Notes: generated by a model from the letters alone, not told the origin. Positions 1-14,280 are shown, counted from the stretch's first letter. The stretch: 64,000 bases of DNA from Lama guanicoe (GCA_013239625.1 MU053513.1:516370-580369), one strand, 5' to 3'. A program made the numbers and translations.

Positions 1-1429
1 TTGATACAAGTGAAAAAGAAACTAAGAGACTGAGAGTTGAAAGATAGAGAATTTTGTCTATCATTTTATACACTAATATAGTAGGGAAATTTTAATTATT
101 TTGATCCTTTACTCTGTACTTTCATTGTTTATTGAAAATGTTGAACAAGAAGCCAGCTAGCCGCCTCTGTTGAACCTCAATGCCAGGCTTCCTTAAAATC
201 AGTACTGAGATTAGTTTTATTTTACAGAACTCTTAGGAGCAGAACAGAGAGTATGACAGATTCAGGGGCAAGCTTGGGTCACAGCGTCTGAGACACTTAA
301 GTGCCTGAAATAGAAACAGTGAAACTAGACGGCTGCAAGGTGTGCTGTCTGCCCCAGCACTGCCTTTGTCACAAGGGAGTCACTTCATTTTTGATGACCC
401 CCTTCCTAAGAATACTGTCCTCCCCTCAGTGACATATCTGCTCCCCCCAATTTTATCAGCAACGAAATATCCAGAGTTCATTATATAACTCTCATTCCCA
501 AAGAAGATCATTCTACGTTATTGACAGCACAAGCAGGTTAATTAAGAATTCTGCCCATGGTAATGTTAAGAAAGTTGACATTATTTTCCAATATGAACTG
601 TCATTACTCAAGCCAAAAGCATAACAGATCTTTGTTCAGTAATACTCAGATATGTCATGGATTGGGGCAGGACACTTAATATCTAGTCTAAATAAAAAAT
701 CTAATATTGGAAAAATATACTTTCTAGACAGTTGTTCTTGTTCTTAGATACAATTATATTTCTCAGGTTAAAAAAAATTTGTAAGTTAGTCAATGGATGG
801 TACACTGAATCATGAAGAATAACACTTTCATTTGATTGTAGTTTAAGAACATATGACAGTTATAAAATGCAGTCAGCACACTACGGTGAAAGGCATTCAA
901 TACTGACACGTTGAAGACTCAGCCTCGAGTCCAGATTCTGCTACCGACATGCTATGCTATGCTATGCTATGGAATACACTCTGACATTAAAACATCTGGC
1001 GCTCAGGTCTTGGGGTGTCTGGGGAATCTGCGTAAGTTCTTCAGTGTTCTGGTTGTTCAAAGTTTTGAAGGTAGATAGAAATTGTTTTAATTCTTGGCTA
1101 TGACAGTTTCCTGTTGTGTGTTACTTAGCGACTTGGAGCCTTATTTCCTCTTTTGGAATACAGGGACCAGAAAGGCACTTGCTTGAGTGAGTTTTTCTGA
1201 GAACTGCAGGGAAAGCATTGATCATAGCAGGCAGCACACAGCCAGAGCTTGAGAAGAAAATCTTTAATTCGTCTCTTTCTTTTCCTTATTCCTTCTCCCC
1301 TACAGTGTCTTTGACCAAAGTCTGTGACTTTGCATTCGTGTATAATGTTATTGCTTTGTTTTAGATTTAGCAATATAGAAGTGTCTGTATACTCCATACC
1401 CTTATACAACTCATTCTTTATTAGAAAAT

Positions 1430-2100
1430 AACCACTGAGTACTTACGCGGAGGACAAGAATTACATTATAAAGAATAATAGTTATATTCAATAGGGTAAT
1501 AAACCATATAAAATGGAAAACTTAAGAATGGTTTACTGAAATTATGAGTTAGAAATAATCACTTGCCCACTTAGGAGAGTTACATGGGAAGAGCTAATTC
1601 TGCCTGGATAGTTCAAAGCAAGCATCTTGATGTTGGCATGTGAAACTTGGAAGTTGTTGTAGCCTGCATAGTTGGTAGAAAGGGCATTGCACACAGGGAA
1701 AAGTCTAGCAGAGACACTGAGTTTGGAAATAGCTAGAAATATACAGTGATATGCAAATACTCAGTTTTGGCTTTAGTATAGAGTACAAGAAAAGGAAGAA
1801 TGGGAGGTAAGCCTGGGAAACCAGCTTGGCAGAACTATTGGAGAGCCGTCAGTGGATTAAGGGAATTGGACATGTTTTAGCTAGCACTGGGGAGCCCTCG
1901 GAGGGTCTTCAGTTGGGGACGGGAAAGCACATGATCAGAATTTCACTTTAGGCTTATTTGTCTGGCAGTATCGAGTCCGACAGATTAGAGCAGAAAGAGA
2001 CTAGAGGCTAGGAAAGATTTTAAATGGGTGTTTGGCAGTCAGCGTAGACAATAAAGAAAGAATGCATATACTTGAGCAGTAGAATTAACAATGGAGAGGT
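1430..2100 (-). mobile_element. L2 LINE fragment, highly diverged
   Basis: Purine-rich antisense L2-like text, e.g. 'ggggagccctcggagggtcttcag...atgatcagaatttcactttagg...ctggcag...agactagaggctagg'; boundaries approximate. Confidence 0.55.
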
Positions 2101-2421
2101 GGTTCAAAGAAATATCAGGTATTTATTACAAATCCCCAAACACTCTAAATGCCTTAATTATTCCCCCAATGCTGTGTTCTTTCAAGTCTTCACACGTTTT
2201 TATTTTCCATTTTCTCTTCTGACAAAATCCTACTCATCCTCTTAGAAACAACCCCAATGTTTCTCTCCTTTGGAAGCCTTCTCTGACTCTCTGTAATGAA
2301 TTTTTTTAATTTATTGCATATTTATCATATACCAGGTGCCACTGCAAATATAGTACTCATTCTCAAGTAGCTTTTGTCTACTGAAGAAGATAGGTAAGTA
2401 TAAAAATATTACAGTGACTAT

Positions 2422-3700
2422 TTCATTCACTGACGGACAATGTATGTTGAGTTCCTACTGTGAGTCAGAGCCCATTCTGCTAGATACTAGGCATAGAGCT
2501 ACAAGTGGGAAAGATAAGATTCTTGACCCCAAAAACTTTAGATTTTATTAATGCTACAGTCTGGTAGTGGCTGATATAGAGCTTTTTTAAGCTAAGTAAA
2601 TTTAAAAGATAATTTCATTTAGCAACGGATATTCATGTAATAATATAAATTTGGAGTGCATGAGTAGAGTAGGTATTCTGGTTTCCATGAGATGACTTGT
2701 GAAGGCATTTAGAAGGAGACATAAAGACCTAAGTGATAAAATAGAACAAGCCATAGCTAGAGTAGGTGGGAAAAAGTGTGCAGGAAGAGAGCATATCCAG
2801 TACAAAGGCCTAGAGGTGGACTAAGCTGGGTGTGTTTGAAGGAAAAAAGTCCAATTAGTTTAGACCCGTGAATGGAGGTGTAGAGGGGTTTTGATATAAG
2901 ATCAAAGAAGTGAGCCAGCTCTTGTAAGACCTCACAGGCTTTGCTAGAAAGTTTGGATTATTTTCCTAAGTGTAAATGAAAGTCATTGGAGGGTTAAATA
3001 ATCAAGTAACAGGATCATGTCCTTAAGTGATTGCTCTGGATGCTTTATAGAGAACCAACCTGAGAGGGAAAGAGTAAAAGCCTGGAGCTTGTTTAGAAGG
3101 AAACTACAGTAGTCCAAGCAAGACATAATAACGTGGTTTGGGCTTGAGTGGAAGCAGCGGGGATGGAAAGAAGTCAGAAATTTGGAGAAATGTATGTGAC
3201 GTTGAATTGGAGGGATGATGAAGGAGGAAGAATCAAGGAGTTTTGCTTAAACAACCTGGGTGGATAAGATTGAGGACACTGGTGATAGGACAGATTTGAG
3301 GAATACTTGAGAATTATTTGGGGGGCTTGGATAATTTTCTTTTATCTCAGAAACTGAAGTGGCGATGTCAAGCTAGTATTTAGAGTTATAAGGCTGGGGC
3401 TCAAAGGCGCAATAGAGACTAGAGACATAAGTTTGACAGGCATCTGTTTATAAATACACTCATAACCAGGGGACTATTTAATATTAACAAAGTCAGCAAT
3501 ACAAATAGAGAAGAGAGGGTGCTCTGTGACCAAAACCTTGCATAAAACCAAAGATTTTGAGGTTTAATAGAAGAGGAGGAGAAAATAGTCTGAGATGGCG
3601 CTGAGGAAGAAAACACATGAAACATTGACTTTGACAACGATTGTTTGGGGAGCATGTGGGAAGAAAAGACTGTTGAGTCTGAGCTGAATATTTAAATCTG
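2422..3700 (-). mobile_element. L2 LINE 3' region
   Basis: Starts with the antisense L2 tail 'ttcattcactgac...gttgagttcctactgtgagtcagagc' and continues with L2 blocks such as 'actacagtagtccaagcaagacataataacgtggtttgggc'. Confidence 0.75.
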
Positions 3701-4004
3701 ATGTCAGGGAAAGTATGATAGAGAAGCAAAAACAATTATGTTCATCTTGTGCCATCCATGCATAGCCCTCCTTGTGACACTTGATTATGTGATAATGAAA
3801 TTAATTTTGGTAGAGAAACCAAGACTACAGGAAGTTTCTAAAAAGTAGGTGAGGGGAAAAAACAGGTAGTAAATGAATATAAATGAGTTTGTAAAAGGAA
3901 TCTGATGATGATGGGGAAAAGGATTTCTAATTTAAGAGACTAGAAGAAGAAAGCAAAGGAACTAATAGGAGTCAGTAGGCTTGTGTGTAAATTTACAGGA
4001 ATTC

Positions 4005-4511
4005 TGAGAGCTTCCTTGTCAGATACCATCATGTCTCTCCTGAGCAGCTATGAAAACCTCTTGACCAGTCTCCCTGAAGCTCTTCTTGCTGATTCCTAAT
4101 CAATTCTCTAAAGTATAGCCAGTAATGATCTTCAAAGTGCTCAAATCTGATAAAGCCATTCATCTTATCACCCTTACTCATGAACTAAATCCAAAGATGT
4201 TAATGTATCTGATGGGACCTCCCTAAACTTTTAGAATCTCTAGATCTCAGAATCTCCATCATCTCCTTGACAGTAATTTCCTGACTCATAAACCAAGGTA
4301 TGACTTTTACCTTCATGTGTCTCAAAATGCTGTGTATTTCTCCATTTCTCTTATAATGACCACCATTTTTTCTTCCTTTACTTGTCCATCCTTATTAACA
4401 GATGGTGAGGTGTATCTGGGCAGGGATTGTGTTTACATTATTTAGGCAGCTGGCACAGAAACAGGAATCTAGGTACCTCAATAAATGTTTGTTCAAAGAA
4501 TGAATGAATGA
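4005..4511 (+). mobile_element. L2 LINE 3' end
   Basis: 'ccatcatgtctctcctgagcagctat...tcaaatctgat' body; ends in the L2 tail 'ctcaataaatgtttgttcaaagaatgaatgaatga'. Confidence 0.8.
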
Positions 4512-5070
4512 CTAAATCCCATGTGCGAGGATGGGTTTATGATTTAAGAAGGGGAAACACAAAAGTGAAGGCAGAGCTGGGATGATGCGAGACCCAGTTC
4601 CAAGGGAATAAAGTGGGCCAAGGTGACTAAACATGGGGAACACAGCACAGAAATACAATTTTCTTTCTGGAGAAAAATTCTCCCCCACTCCAACCACATG
4701 ACCAACTCTTATTTACCCTTTAAAACCTAAAATGAGAGGCTTTTCACAGCCCCACCCTCCTCATCCCCACCCAGATATAAGTACGTAGTCACTCCAGCTA
4801 TATGTTTAGATAGCTTTAAAATTGTGTTGATGAACTTGGTGCATTGTGTTCTAATTTATTAATAAATTGCTTATGAACACCTCACGGCAGAGACTGCAAC
4901 TTATTCAGCTCTGTATCTCCCATACCTCACACAGACCTAGCCTAGAGTGAGAATTCAACTGCATGAGGATTGAACCACCTGATTATTCCTATTAAGAAGG
5001 AAAAAAATTCTTGATTTGATGTGGAAAATGGGAGGGCAGGGCAAAAGTGGAGTATTCAAAGAGAATAGAA

Positions 5071-5908
5071 GCAGCATGGATAGACCTGGAGGGTTTATGC
5101 TGAGTCAAATAAGTCAGACTGAGAAAGACAAATACCATATGATTTTACTCATAGGTGGAATCTGTAAAACAAAACAGATGAACAATTAAACAGAAACAGA
5201 GTCATAGATACAGAGAAAACACAGGTGGCTGCCAGAGGGAAGAGGGGTGGGCGGATAAGAAATAGGAGAGGGAGATTAAGAGGAACAGGCTTTCAGTTAC
5301 AAAATAGATATCTCAGCTATGAAATGGTCAGAGTGGAGAATACAGTCAATAATAATGTAATACCTTTGTATGGTGACAGATGGTAACTAGACCTATCGTG
5401 GTGATCATTTTGTAATGAACAGGAGTATTAAATCACTATTTTGTGCACCAGAAACTAACATAGACTTGTAGGTCAATTATATCTCAAAAACAAGCAAATA
5501 AGCAAACAGACTTCTAAAAAAGAGGTGAGATTTGTGGCTACCAGAGGAAGGAGATGGAGAGAAGGGGGAATTGGATAAAGGTGGTCAAATGGTACAAACT
5601 TCAGGCTATAAGATACATAAGTAGTAGGAATGTAACTTATAACATGATAAATATAATTAACACTGCTGAATGTTACATATGAGAGTTAACACTGCTGTAT
5701 GTTACATGTGAAAGTTAAGACAATGAATCCTAAGAGTTATCACAAGGAAAAAGTTGTTTTTCCTTTTATTTTGTATCTCTATGAGATAAGAGCTGTTCAC
5801 TAAACTTATTGTGGTCCTCAATTCATGGTGTACGTAAGTCAAATCAGGTTGTGCACCTTAAACTTCTACAGTGCTGTACATCAATTTGATCTCAATAAAA
5901 CTGAAAGA
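5071..5908 (+). mobile_element. 5'-truncated LINE-1 (end of ORF2 plus 3' UTR with two tandem 3'UTR-like modules)
   Basis: 'gcagcatggatagacctggagggtttatgctgagtcaaataagtcagactgagaaagacaaataccatatgat' is the L1 ORF2 end; finishes 'gatctcaataaaactgaaag'. Confidence 0.9.
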
Positions 5909-5933
5909 TACATAAATACATACATATATACAT

Positions 5934-6003
5934 TAACCACTGTTCTTTAAAGTATGCTAAGTAATTACTAACCACTTTTCTTTAAAGTATGCTAAGTAAT
6001 CAC
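5934..6003. repeat. 35-bp tandem duplication (2 copies, 2 mismatches)
   Basis: taaccactgttctttaaagtatgctaagtaattac / taaccacttttctttaaagtatgctaagtaatcac. Confidence 0.9.
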
Positions 6004-6089
6004 CTAGAGGTTAATAAAAGAATTGAACAATAGCAAATGAAGTTGGGGTTGGGCACATGATTGCACACGCAGTAGCATAAAATGATCTA

Positions 6090-6500
6090 GTTTTATTCAC
6101 TAACACTTTATTGAACACATGCAGTTCATGACATTAATTTAGAGACCAAAGATGAATAATGAACAATGCAATCTCTGTTTAGAAATTCACAAGCAGTTTT
6201 ATGATATCCACCCACAGACACAGCAGCTGTAGGAGGAATGATCGTAGAGTTTTACAAATACGTGTCTTGTTAAGGTTAAAAAGAATTGCTTCAGATGGGG
6301 GACTCTCTGCTGAGAAGACAACTGTGATTGGGAAGACTGGCCGTGGAGTTTGGGCTGGATACAGAGGTCTGGGAGGTGAGACAGAAAGTAGTAGATTCTG
6401 TGAGCAGAGAAGGATGGACAAAGACGAGATACCAAACCGGGTCAACAGAACTAAGAAAACCGCACAGGCGATCATGGCTCAAGAGGGACTTTTTAAACAG
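6090..6500 (-). mobile_element. L2 fragment
   Basis: Antisense L2 tail 'ttattcactaacactttattgaacacatgcag' followed by purine-rich L2-like sequence. Confidence 0.55.
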
Positions 6501-7574
6501 ATTTTTAATTCTCAGTTTTCACGTTTAAGTCTGGTATAAAAAAATTGTTACAAACACTGCAGTGTCTCTTATATGTTTTTGTATCGAGGAAACCAGGGAT
6601 GAGCCAAAAAAAAAAAAAAACAGCTCTGAGGGAAGCTTTTGGGCAATTGTTACATGTGACAATAATGGAAACAAAATAGAATATATTCACAGATTTCTGC
6701 TTTGATGTGAAATGACCAGTACAGATGGACACAAAAATAGTTGCTCTGCCACTTTGAATCTAAAGTTACTGTTCAGTTGTTTGGAGAGTGTTTAGATCAA
6801 GTATACCATTTTCAAAAATCTACAGAGCGGTGGCAGGGATGTATTATAGAGCCAGAAAATGGTTTCAGAAACAATCAAGATATTATTACTAGAGTCAAAG
6901 ATTTTTGGAGATGTTTTTGGAAAAGTGTAAGCTTTCATTATGTTTCCTATCTGAAGTATATATACAATTATGGTTAAATGGCTGGAGAAAATCTACAAGC
7001 AATCTATAGCATCAAACTTTCCTGGAAGGTAAGTTAAAGAGAGAGACAGGTGAGTAACAATTTAGCCTGGGAACTATGGCATGTTTACTTGTTAAAGTAC
7101 CTAATTATAGAAATTAATATAAAAATTAATGTATCAGAAGGGCACACTGAAGTCTCAGGTCCTCTGTGCTTTGCTTTTCTCTGTAACTTTCTGTAACGGT
7201 CAGCCTGATAGGTTTGAAAGTGTTTTAAACATGAACGAGCTGTTGTAAACAGCGATTTAGTGGTCACTCGAAGTTTTGAAAAATCTTTCTGTTGGAAAAA
7301 AATGAAGAAGAAAGGAAAGATTCAGCCATGTTTGTCAGAGCTAGTCAAGATAACTCCACACATGTCATGCTGAATGTTCTGAACAAAGGGGTGGGGGGGT
7401 GGGGCATGATTTTAGGTAAGGAGCTCAAATCTCTATTTTCAATAGGGTATGGAAAAATTTATTCCAACCTTGATACTGAAGAAGTGCAATTTTAGGGGAC
7501 AGGCATGCAGGCTGGGCATGATGATAAATCTACCAGATCTTAGCTCAGACTGGCTTCCATAGATCAACACAGAG

Positions 7575-8115
7575 GTTCTGTTCATCACTCATAGTCAATG
7601 AGTGATGTAATCATCAGTGGCTATGAAATGAAGATTTCATTAAAAAACAAAAACAAAAACAAAAACCTCAGCTAAAAGGATTTGGAGAGTTTCTGGGTGG
7701 GTGAACACATTGATGTGCTGGGAGGGTGACATGCCTGGAGAGGGTGTGGAAGCCCTGTGCCCCTTTCCCCATACCTTGTCCTCTGCCTCTCTTCCATTTG
7801 GCTGTTCTGAGTTTTATCATTTTATAATAAACTAGTAATCTAACAAATTAATGGTTTTTCTGAGTTCAGTGAGTCATTATGAGCCCCAAGAAGGGGGTCA
7901 TGGGAACCCCTGATTTATAGCCATTTTTTCAGAAGTACAGGTGACAACCTGGGACTCGCATTCAGTATCTGAAGTGGTGGGGAGCAGCCTTGTGGGACTG
8001 AGCCCTTAACCTGGGGTCTGAGCTAAGTCCAGGTAGTTAATGTCTGTCAGAGTGGCTGCAAATATTTAGTATTAATAGTGTTTGTGAGTAGAGGAGACAT
8101 GGGAGAGTTTCCTTT
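7575..8115 (+). mobile_element. MER21-family LTR
   Basis: Resembles recalled MER21B/C blocks: 'ggtgaacacattgatgtgctgggagggtgacatgcctggagaggg', 'gggggtcatgggaacccctgatttatagcc', 'cttgtgggactgagcccttaacc'. Confidence 0.8.
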
Positions 8116-9119
8116 AGCAGACATGTAGTTTATTCCAAAAGTCTAACTTAACGAGCGATTATGGTGACATATCAAAAGGGCAAGTTATTGGAATCCTGGA
8201 GAAACTGGAGTTTATGTGGCTGATTTGGAGCAGTTAAGAGAGAAAGGGACTCCAGGAAAAGGGTAAAATAATGAGGATCTTAATAAAATTGAAGAGCAGG
8301 CATAATAATCCCCACGAGAGTGTGGAAGAGTGAAGAGTTAGGCGGCAGAGAAAAAGGGAACTTTTAGTGTTGGAAATAATTCAATGAGGGGAAAGATAAG
8401 TAATGAAAACCTGGAAGTGGAATGAAAATGGATGTTCAAAACGGAGTAGAAGTCCACACTTCAAAAAAGTTTAGATGAAGCTGTTGAGTGACGAAAACAT
8501 CAGCCCAAGAGTTAAATTTCAGAGAAATCTCAAGGAAATCTTAGAGACTTAAGACCTCTGAACTGCTGCTGGGTAACCATGGCTTACAACCAGGTTCTTC
8601 ACATCCCTCTGGGTTTGTGTGTGCTGTTGTCTGTGTGTCTGCGATGGGAGGTACCTGGGTGTTGGAAGAAGACAAGAGGTGGAAAGGAAAGGAAAATGGT
8701 TACTAAATTCATTATATATTTTTATTTGCATTCTTTTTTGCTAAATCATATTTTATTGTTACGAAATTTAAAAAACTTACTTTTAACACTAGTAGTTGTT
8801 TCTCATAGGTACACTGTGAGCAAGTTAAAGTGACAGAACTCTAAGTTTGGCACAAAAAAATGTATTGAACACCCACTGCTATGTGTAAGTAGCAATGTCT
8901 GCAAAAATACCTTCACAAAGCGCCAATTCAAAGGGCAGTCCCGTTCCCGCAGTCTTCATTGCTGTAGCACTGACTGACCACTTCTGTATTTGGCAGCATG
9001 GAAACCTCTGGTCGTCATTCCTTGAAGTCAGAGTAGGAATTAAATAAATACTGGAGATTATTTTAACTTCAAATTTTATGGTGCTCTGCACTTTTATCGT
9101 GATTATATTCTTAATTCTC

Positions 9120-9180
9120 AAATTTTGGAGTCAAGCAGACCTGAGTTCTAATCTCAGCCCAGTCATTTACTATGCTACTG
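9120..9180 (+). mobile_element. MIR SINE fragment
   Basis: MIR head 'ttttggagtcaagcagacctgagttctaatctcagcccagtcatttacta'. Confidence 0.65.
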
Positions 9181-9239
9181 TTAAGTTTATTTTCTTTGTT
9201 CATTTATACCTAAGCATTCGAGATAAAGCTGTCTTGTCA

Positions 9240-9637
9240 ATTTAGACTCTTAAGGTAGCATTTATGAGAAAATCAACTTCACCTGGCTTAAAAAATAAGG
9301 GAATGTATTGGTTTATGTACAAGGAAATTTCAGAAGTAGGGCTAACTTTAGAGTTTGGCTGATCCAGTGGTCTAATAATGTTATGGAGGGCTGGCTTAAT
9401 TATATCCCTTTTTTTTTTCTGTCTTTCATGTGTCAAAAGATGGTCATCCACAGTTTTCAGGCCCACACCTGATTCCCAATGCAGATTAAGAGGGAGAAGG
9501 TGAGTGAGAGAACACACCTTTTCATTAACCATTGATGAAAAATCTCAAGCTTTATTGGACCAAGCAGGGTGAAAAAATCCACAATGTAATTCTGGCGATA
9601 ATGTTCCCCATAGGAAAGTCTAGATGCTGTTAGGGAG

Positions 9638-9673
<36 letters not shown>

Positions 9674-9700
9674 AAAAACTGAACACAATGACATCTACAA
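9240..9700 (-). mobile_element. Old MaLR LTR (MLT1J/K-like) containing an A33 tract at 9640-9672
   Basis: 'ctggcttaaaaaataagggaatgtattggtttatgtacaagg...tttggctgatccagtggtctaataatg' resembles antisense MLT1J/K. Confidence 0.55.
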
Positions 9701-10240
9701 ATTTTCACTTCCCCTAACTACCTCAAAAGGTTTTTCTAAAGACTATTTCTGTCTTGTTCAATTTTATAACCTAATACACAGATTGGCACATGATATATAT
9801 TTAATTCAAAAATTGGGTGAATGAAAATTTTCTGTTAGAATTAAATGAATAAAATATCTAATATATAGGCAATAAACTCTGCATATATTCATTTCTTCTG
9901 AGTTTACACAGAAAGACTTTGGGTTTCAGAAATATTAAGCAGTTTTCCAAATATAACACATTTACATTGAAATGCTGAGGCTAAAATACAAATTGATTCA
10001 TTCAAAGACGGTGATTCCTGATTATGTGAACCCCTTTGCAATGTAAAAAATATGAATTATACCTATTCATATGGTGAGATGTAGTTTTTAAGGTCATTAA
10101 TAGTGTACAAAGCAAAAACTGACTGTTGTCATTAATACTCTTTGAGAGAATATTTCATCTAATAACCATAGCAGAATTTATAAGTTGTTCTCAATTATTC
10201 TTGTGTCAAAGTTATGCTCATCATTGTGTTTATATGTAGG

Positions 10241-10276
<36 letters not shown>
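10241..10276. repeat. (TAGA)9 microsatellite
   Basis: Read directly from the sequence. Confidence 0.95.
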
Positions 10277-10278
<2 letters not shown>

Positions 10279-10999
10279 TGGATTATAAAAAACTACATCT
10301 TATTATCACCCAAGTTTATAACCTTTGTTTCATACTTCTGAAATGTGTATGTGTGTACATGTGTGTGTGAAAGGACTATTAATTAACCAAAAATTATCAG
10401 AGAGGAGAGGAATTCTCAGATCTTTATAACGTAATACAATACGTGAGGTCTGTAATCAAAAGATTGGCATTCATTGTTCAAAAATCATTATTATTTTAGC
10501 TACTTGTATCTGTGTCTATGACATAATAACTATATAAAAACAAATGTACATATGAACACATTTGAAGCTCTACAGTTTCTGATTTATAAATGCACATACA
10601 AGTACACTTTCAAATATTTACATAAAAGGAAAAAAATTTTAAATTTAATATTTTGAACTGTATCAAAGATCCAAGTACATGAAAATATTTACTTTTTTCA
10701 CAAAGAGAACTAGAACTACCCATTTTTCACTTGTATATTTACTATAATTTAGATAATCTTGAATAGCCCTTGCACATCTCTCTACATGTCTCTGTGGGAG
10801 CATCTGTTGTACCCCACTGCCTCATACGATGCTCCATGTACCAGTGACTGATATTTGAAACATTGTATGATTGTTGTAAGAAGATTCTTACTGTCTTATG
10901 GTACGATCACCACCAAATTTGATATGAATTAAATAGGCAGAATCCCTAAAAGAATCAATAATTGACGTCAACCTGTTCAATCAAGTAAATGGACTATTA

Positions 11000-11211
11000 C
11001 AGTGCTTCTCAACCGGAGGTGATCTTGCTCCCCAGGATAGATTGGGAAAATCTGGAGACACATTCGGTCATCACAACTGGGGTATAGTAGTATAATCTAG
11101 TAGGCAGAGGCCAGAGAAGCTGCCAGACACCCTGCAGTATACAGGACTGCCCCCTACAGCAGAGAATTACCTGGTTCCAAATACCAATAAAGCTGAGATT
11201 AAGAAACGCTG
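11000..11211 (+). mobile_element. MER20 (hAT-Charlie MITE), full length
   Basis: Terminal inverted ends 'cagtgcttctcaacc' and 'ttaagaaacgctg'; internal 'tctggagacacattcggtcatcacaactgggg' and 'gaggccagagaagctgc'. Confidence 0.85.
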
Positions 11212-13794
11212 ATGTATTGCATGAGTCTACTTTAAAACTATGAAATGACTACTCAACGCTTCTGTGAAAATGAAAGTGAAAGTAAACATAACCAATGTCA
11301 ATCTTAACGGATTTAGAATTCATTAGGAAGAAAATGCGGCAGCATATTAAGGGAAAAAAAATCTAAAAATTGTATTACATTCTTCTACCTGCACATATAC
11401 ACGCATGTATCAGCATAGTTTGAAAAAGTTACACATTTTATTGTAAACTGTATACTTTTTATTAAAATTATTATGCAGTGATTCTGCCCAGTTATGAAAC
11501 ATTAATTTGTAGGGCAGAGTCAAGGGTTCTGAGATGTATCTTGGAAGTTAGAACTTCGCAGATGTTGTAGACTTGGGTCTGAGTGAACTGCTGTAGAAAG
11601 GCATTTTTGTTAAGATACAGTTGTCTTGGAAATTGCTAAAAATCATTGAAGAGATAACTACAAATCGCTCTTCCATCAAGTGCTGGTTGCAGAACCTTTT
11701 TTAGACATAAACACGGATAACATAAAGAATAATAATATATCTCAAGGGATATTATAAGTCTATAATTCCTTTGAAGGGGCATGTAATGTCATAAATTGTA
11801 GGAGCAAACTCAAGCAGTTTAGTCATAGGAACCCTGAGATGAAATTACAGCTTTTATAATCCCCTGAGAGGATATTCTTTGGGTATAATGGAAATTGCAG
11901 TCGTTTAGAAATACTCTGCTTCCTTGGCCCCAGAAAAGTACAATGGTCATTCGAAGACTGAAAAACACTAAGCAGGTGTCTGAAAAGTGAGTTGAGCTGA
12001 TCATAAGAATAATAGAAAAATTATATTGAAGTCATTATGGTATCTACTAAGTATAGTAGGGTACTCTTTCTAAAATAACAGTTACAAGAGAGACCTACAT
12101 AATTACAGCCATAAGAAGAGATTTTTCAGGTGTAAACATAAAAGATACTAAAATACATATTGCTAAAACTTAGCCAGCTATGCATTAAGTATATAAAAGA
12201 TCTTTATAGCCACATGAGAAGACATTCTTTATATGAAATGTCAGTAGCTAAATAAGCAAATGCACCAGATTAAAAAGCATAAAATTAAATATCATGGAGT
12301 GTTGAAACAGCATAAAGTTCACAAAACATTATAATTTTGCATGTAGTTAAAATCTGAGCTACCAGAACCCCAAGGTATATTGTTTAATTTCAGAACTCTT
12401 GTATTTGGCATGAATTGTATAATGTGCATACGAATTCAGTGAGTAATCCAATAGGAAGTTAAGTTTGGTAAACATCTCAAGTATATAATGAATGAATATA
12501 AGCCAATAATAAATAAACAGATACATTTTAAGCAGAGCAGCATAATCTGTTCTGTGTAATATAGTCATAATTGTCAATTAAAATACTCACAATCCTGAGG
12601 ATTAAAAAAAGCTTGATCATATATTTATACAACTTATCCAGTGTTTATGGAATACTTTTAGATTTTCATAAATAAAGGAAAAAATAAGTTGCTATTAGAA
12701 GATCCTATCTGAAAGAGGTCAAAATCTCGATTTTGAATTCATTTTAGTCAGTTTCCTCATTTTTCATAGGAAGAAATCTAAACACAAACTTCATTAATGA
12801 CACATTATCTAAGTAGATCAATGCACAGGCCTGTTTAGCATCATGTTTTAAATCTGCAATTATAAGTGTTTCTCTGGAAGCCAAAACTATATCATAAATG
12901 AAGTCAAAGCAGTTTGGCCATGAAGATGACTTTTTAAAAGTTGCATTTATATAGTATATGCTTTCTTTCTTCAGCAAATAAAATAAATACACAATGAACA
13001 GCGGTCAAAGTAAAGAAAACAGGTCCCAGAATGTTAGGGTTAGGAGTAAGTCACAAAACTCATTACTCTTCCATTCAAATATTCTCAGGGCTTATATTTT
13101 CACATAGGCTACTAAATTGGCTCCAAAAGCAAATTAAATTGCTTTGCCTAATGAGATTTGAAGGATGTTATTGCCTGATAACAAATACCTAAACCACCAT
13201 CACCATTGCTTACTGTTCCATTTCAACTTGCCACTGCTTGTATGCCATTGACTTACAGCTTATGGAATGGCTTTTAAACATAATCAATATTATCAACATA
13301 AATAATAATGAAAGTCCAGACATTTAGATCTTGCATAAAATAAAATATATTGAATTCCCTGCATTACTGAGATCATATCAATATCAAAGATATGCAAAAA
13401 CACATAAACATGAAGCCATTGTTTCAAATGATTTCTACTATTCTCCTTACAATCTCAATGAATTCAGTTGCACATTCCAAATTTCTCTTTGCTTTGGTGA
13501 GGTTGACAAGTGGAAAGTAACCTAAATTGATTGTTGCCAGATTTTTTTTTAAATTTCAGTAACATATAAAAATATAAATTTGTAGAATTTTATAAGTTTG
13601 ACAACTTATTTTTCAACAATGAAATAAAAAGCTAATACTTGTGATTTAAAATAATTTTATAAAATGAAAAGATATTTTAACATCTGTAGAAAGAATAAAA
13701 AATATAGAAAAAATATAACCCCCATAACAGAGACTGAGCCTTTGAATTGAAAACATAGAATTTTAGAAGAAATTCACATTGCTGAATGAAGTAA

Positions 13795-14280
13795 TGTTAG
13801 ACTCAGCTACATATAAAAGGCACCACTCACTCTGACACACACACAAGCACAAAGCAATGGTTTAACATGTAAGGAATGCGTTTTTGTTGCATGTAAAAGA
13901 TGTCTGGAAGTGGGTAGTCCGGGTCGGTGTGGAGAACCCACATTCATCACTTACCCAGATTTCTTTTACGTTGCTGCCCTCTCAGAGTATTATCTGAGAC
14001 GGCAAAAATGGCTACTTGAACACCAAACATCATACTTGCATATTACACTACAGAAAGATTAGAAGACTGTACCTGTCTCACCAAAGGAGACTTCCCAGGA
14101 GGTCACATAACACTTCCACTATCACATCATCAGCTAGAATTTAGCCACATGGCCACATCCAGTTGTAAGAGAAACTAAGAAAGTCAATCTTCCTGATGGG
14201 TGAAACAGTGCCCCAGTAAAAACTGGTATTCAGTTACTAAAGAACTAAAAACAGACTGATATTAAAAGACCCAGAAGTTT
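13795..14280 (-). mobile_element. MaLR LTR (MLT1J-like)
   Basis: 'tcatcagctagaatttagccacatggccacatccagttgtaagagaaactaagaaag' is an antisense MLT1J/K-like block. Confidence 0.65.

Noticed and set aside
5657..5718. 29-bp tandem duplication in the L1 3' UTR (similar small duplications near 31460-31500 and 36140-36180)
   Set aside because: Ordinary two-copy slippage duplications with no spacer array, so not CRISPR-like
9640..9672. A33 tract as the tail of a retrocopy
   Set aside because: No TSD or upstream retrocopy body; it appears to be an expanded A-run within an MLT1-like LTR end
10962..10971. Palindromic TTGACGTCAA (CRE)
   Set aside because: Isolated motif with no supporting cluster; compatible with chance
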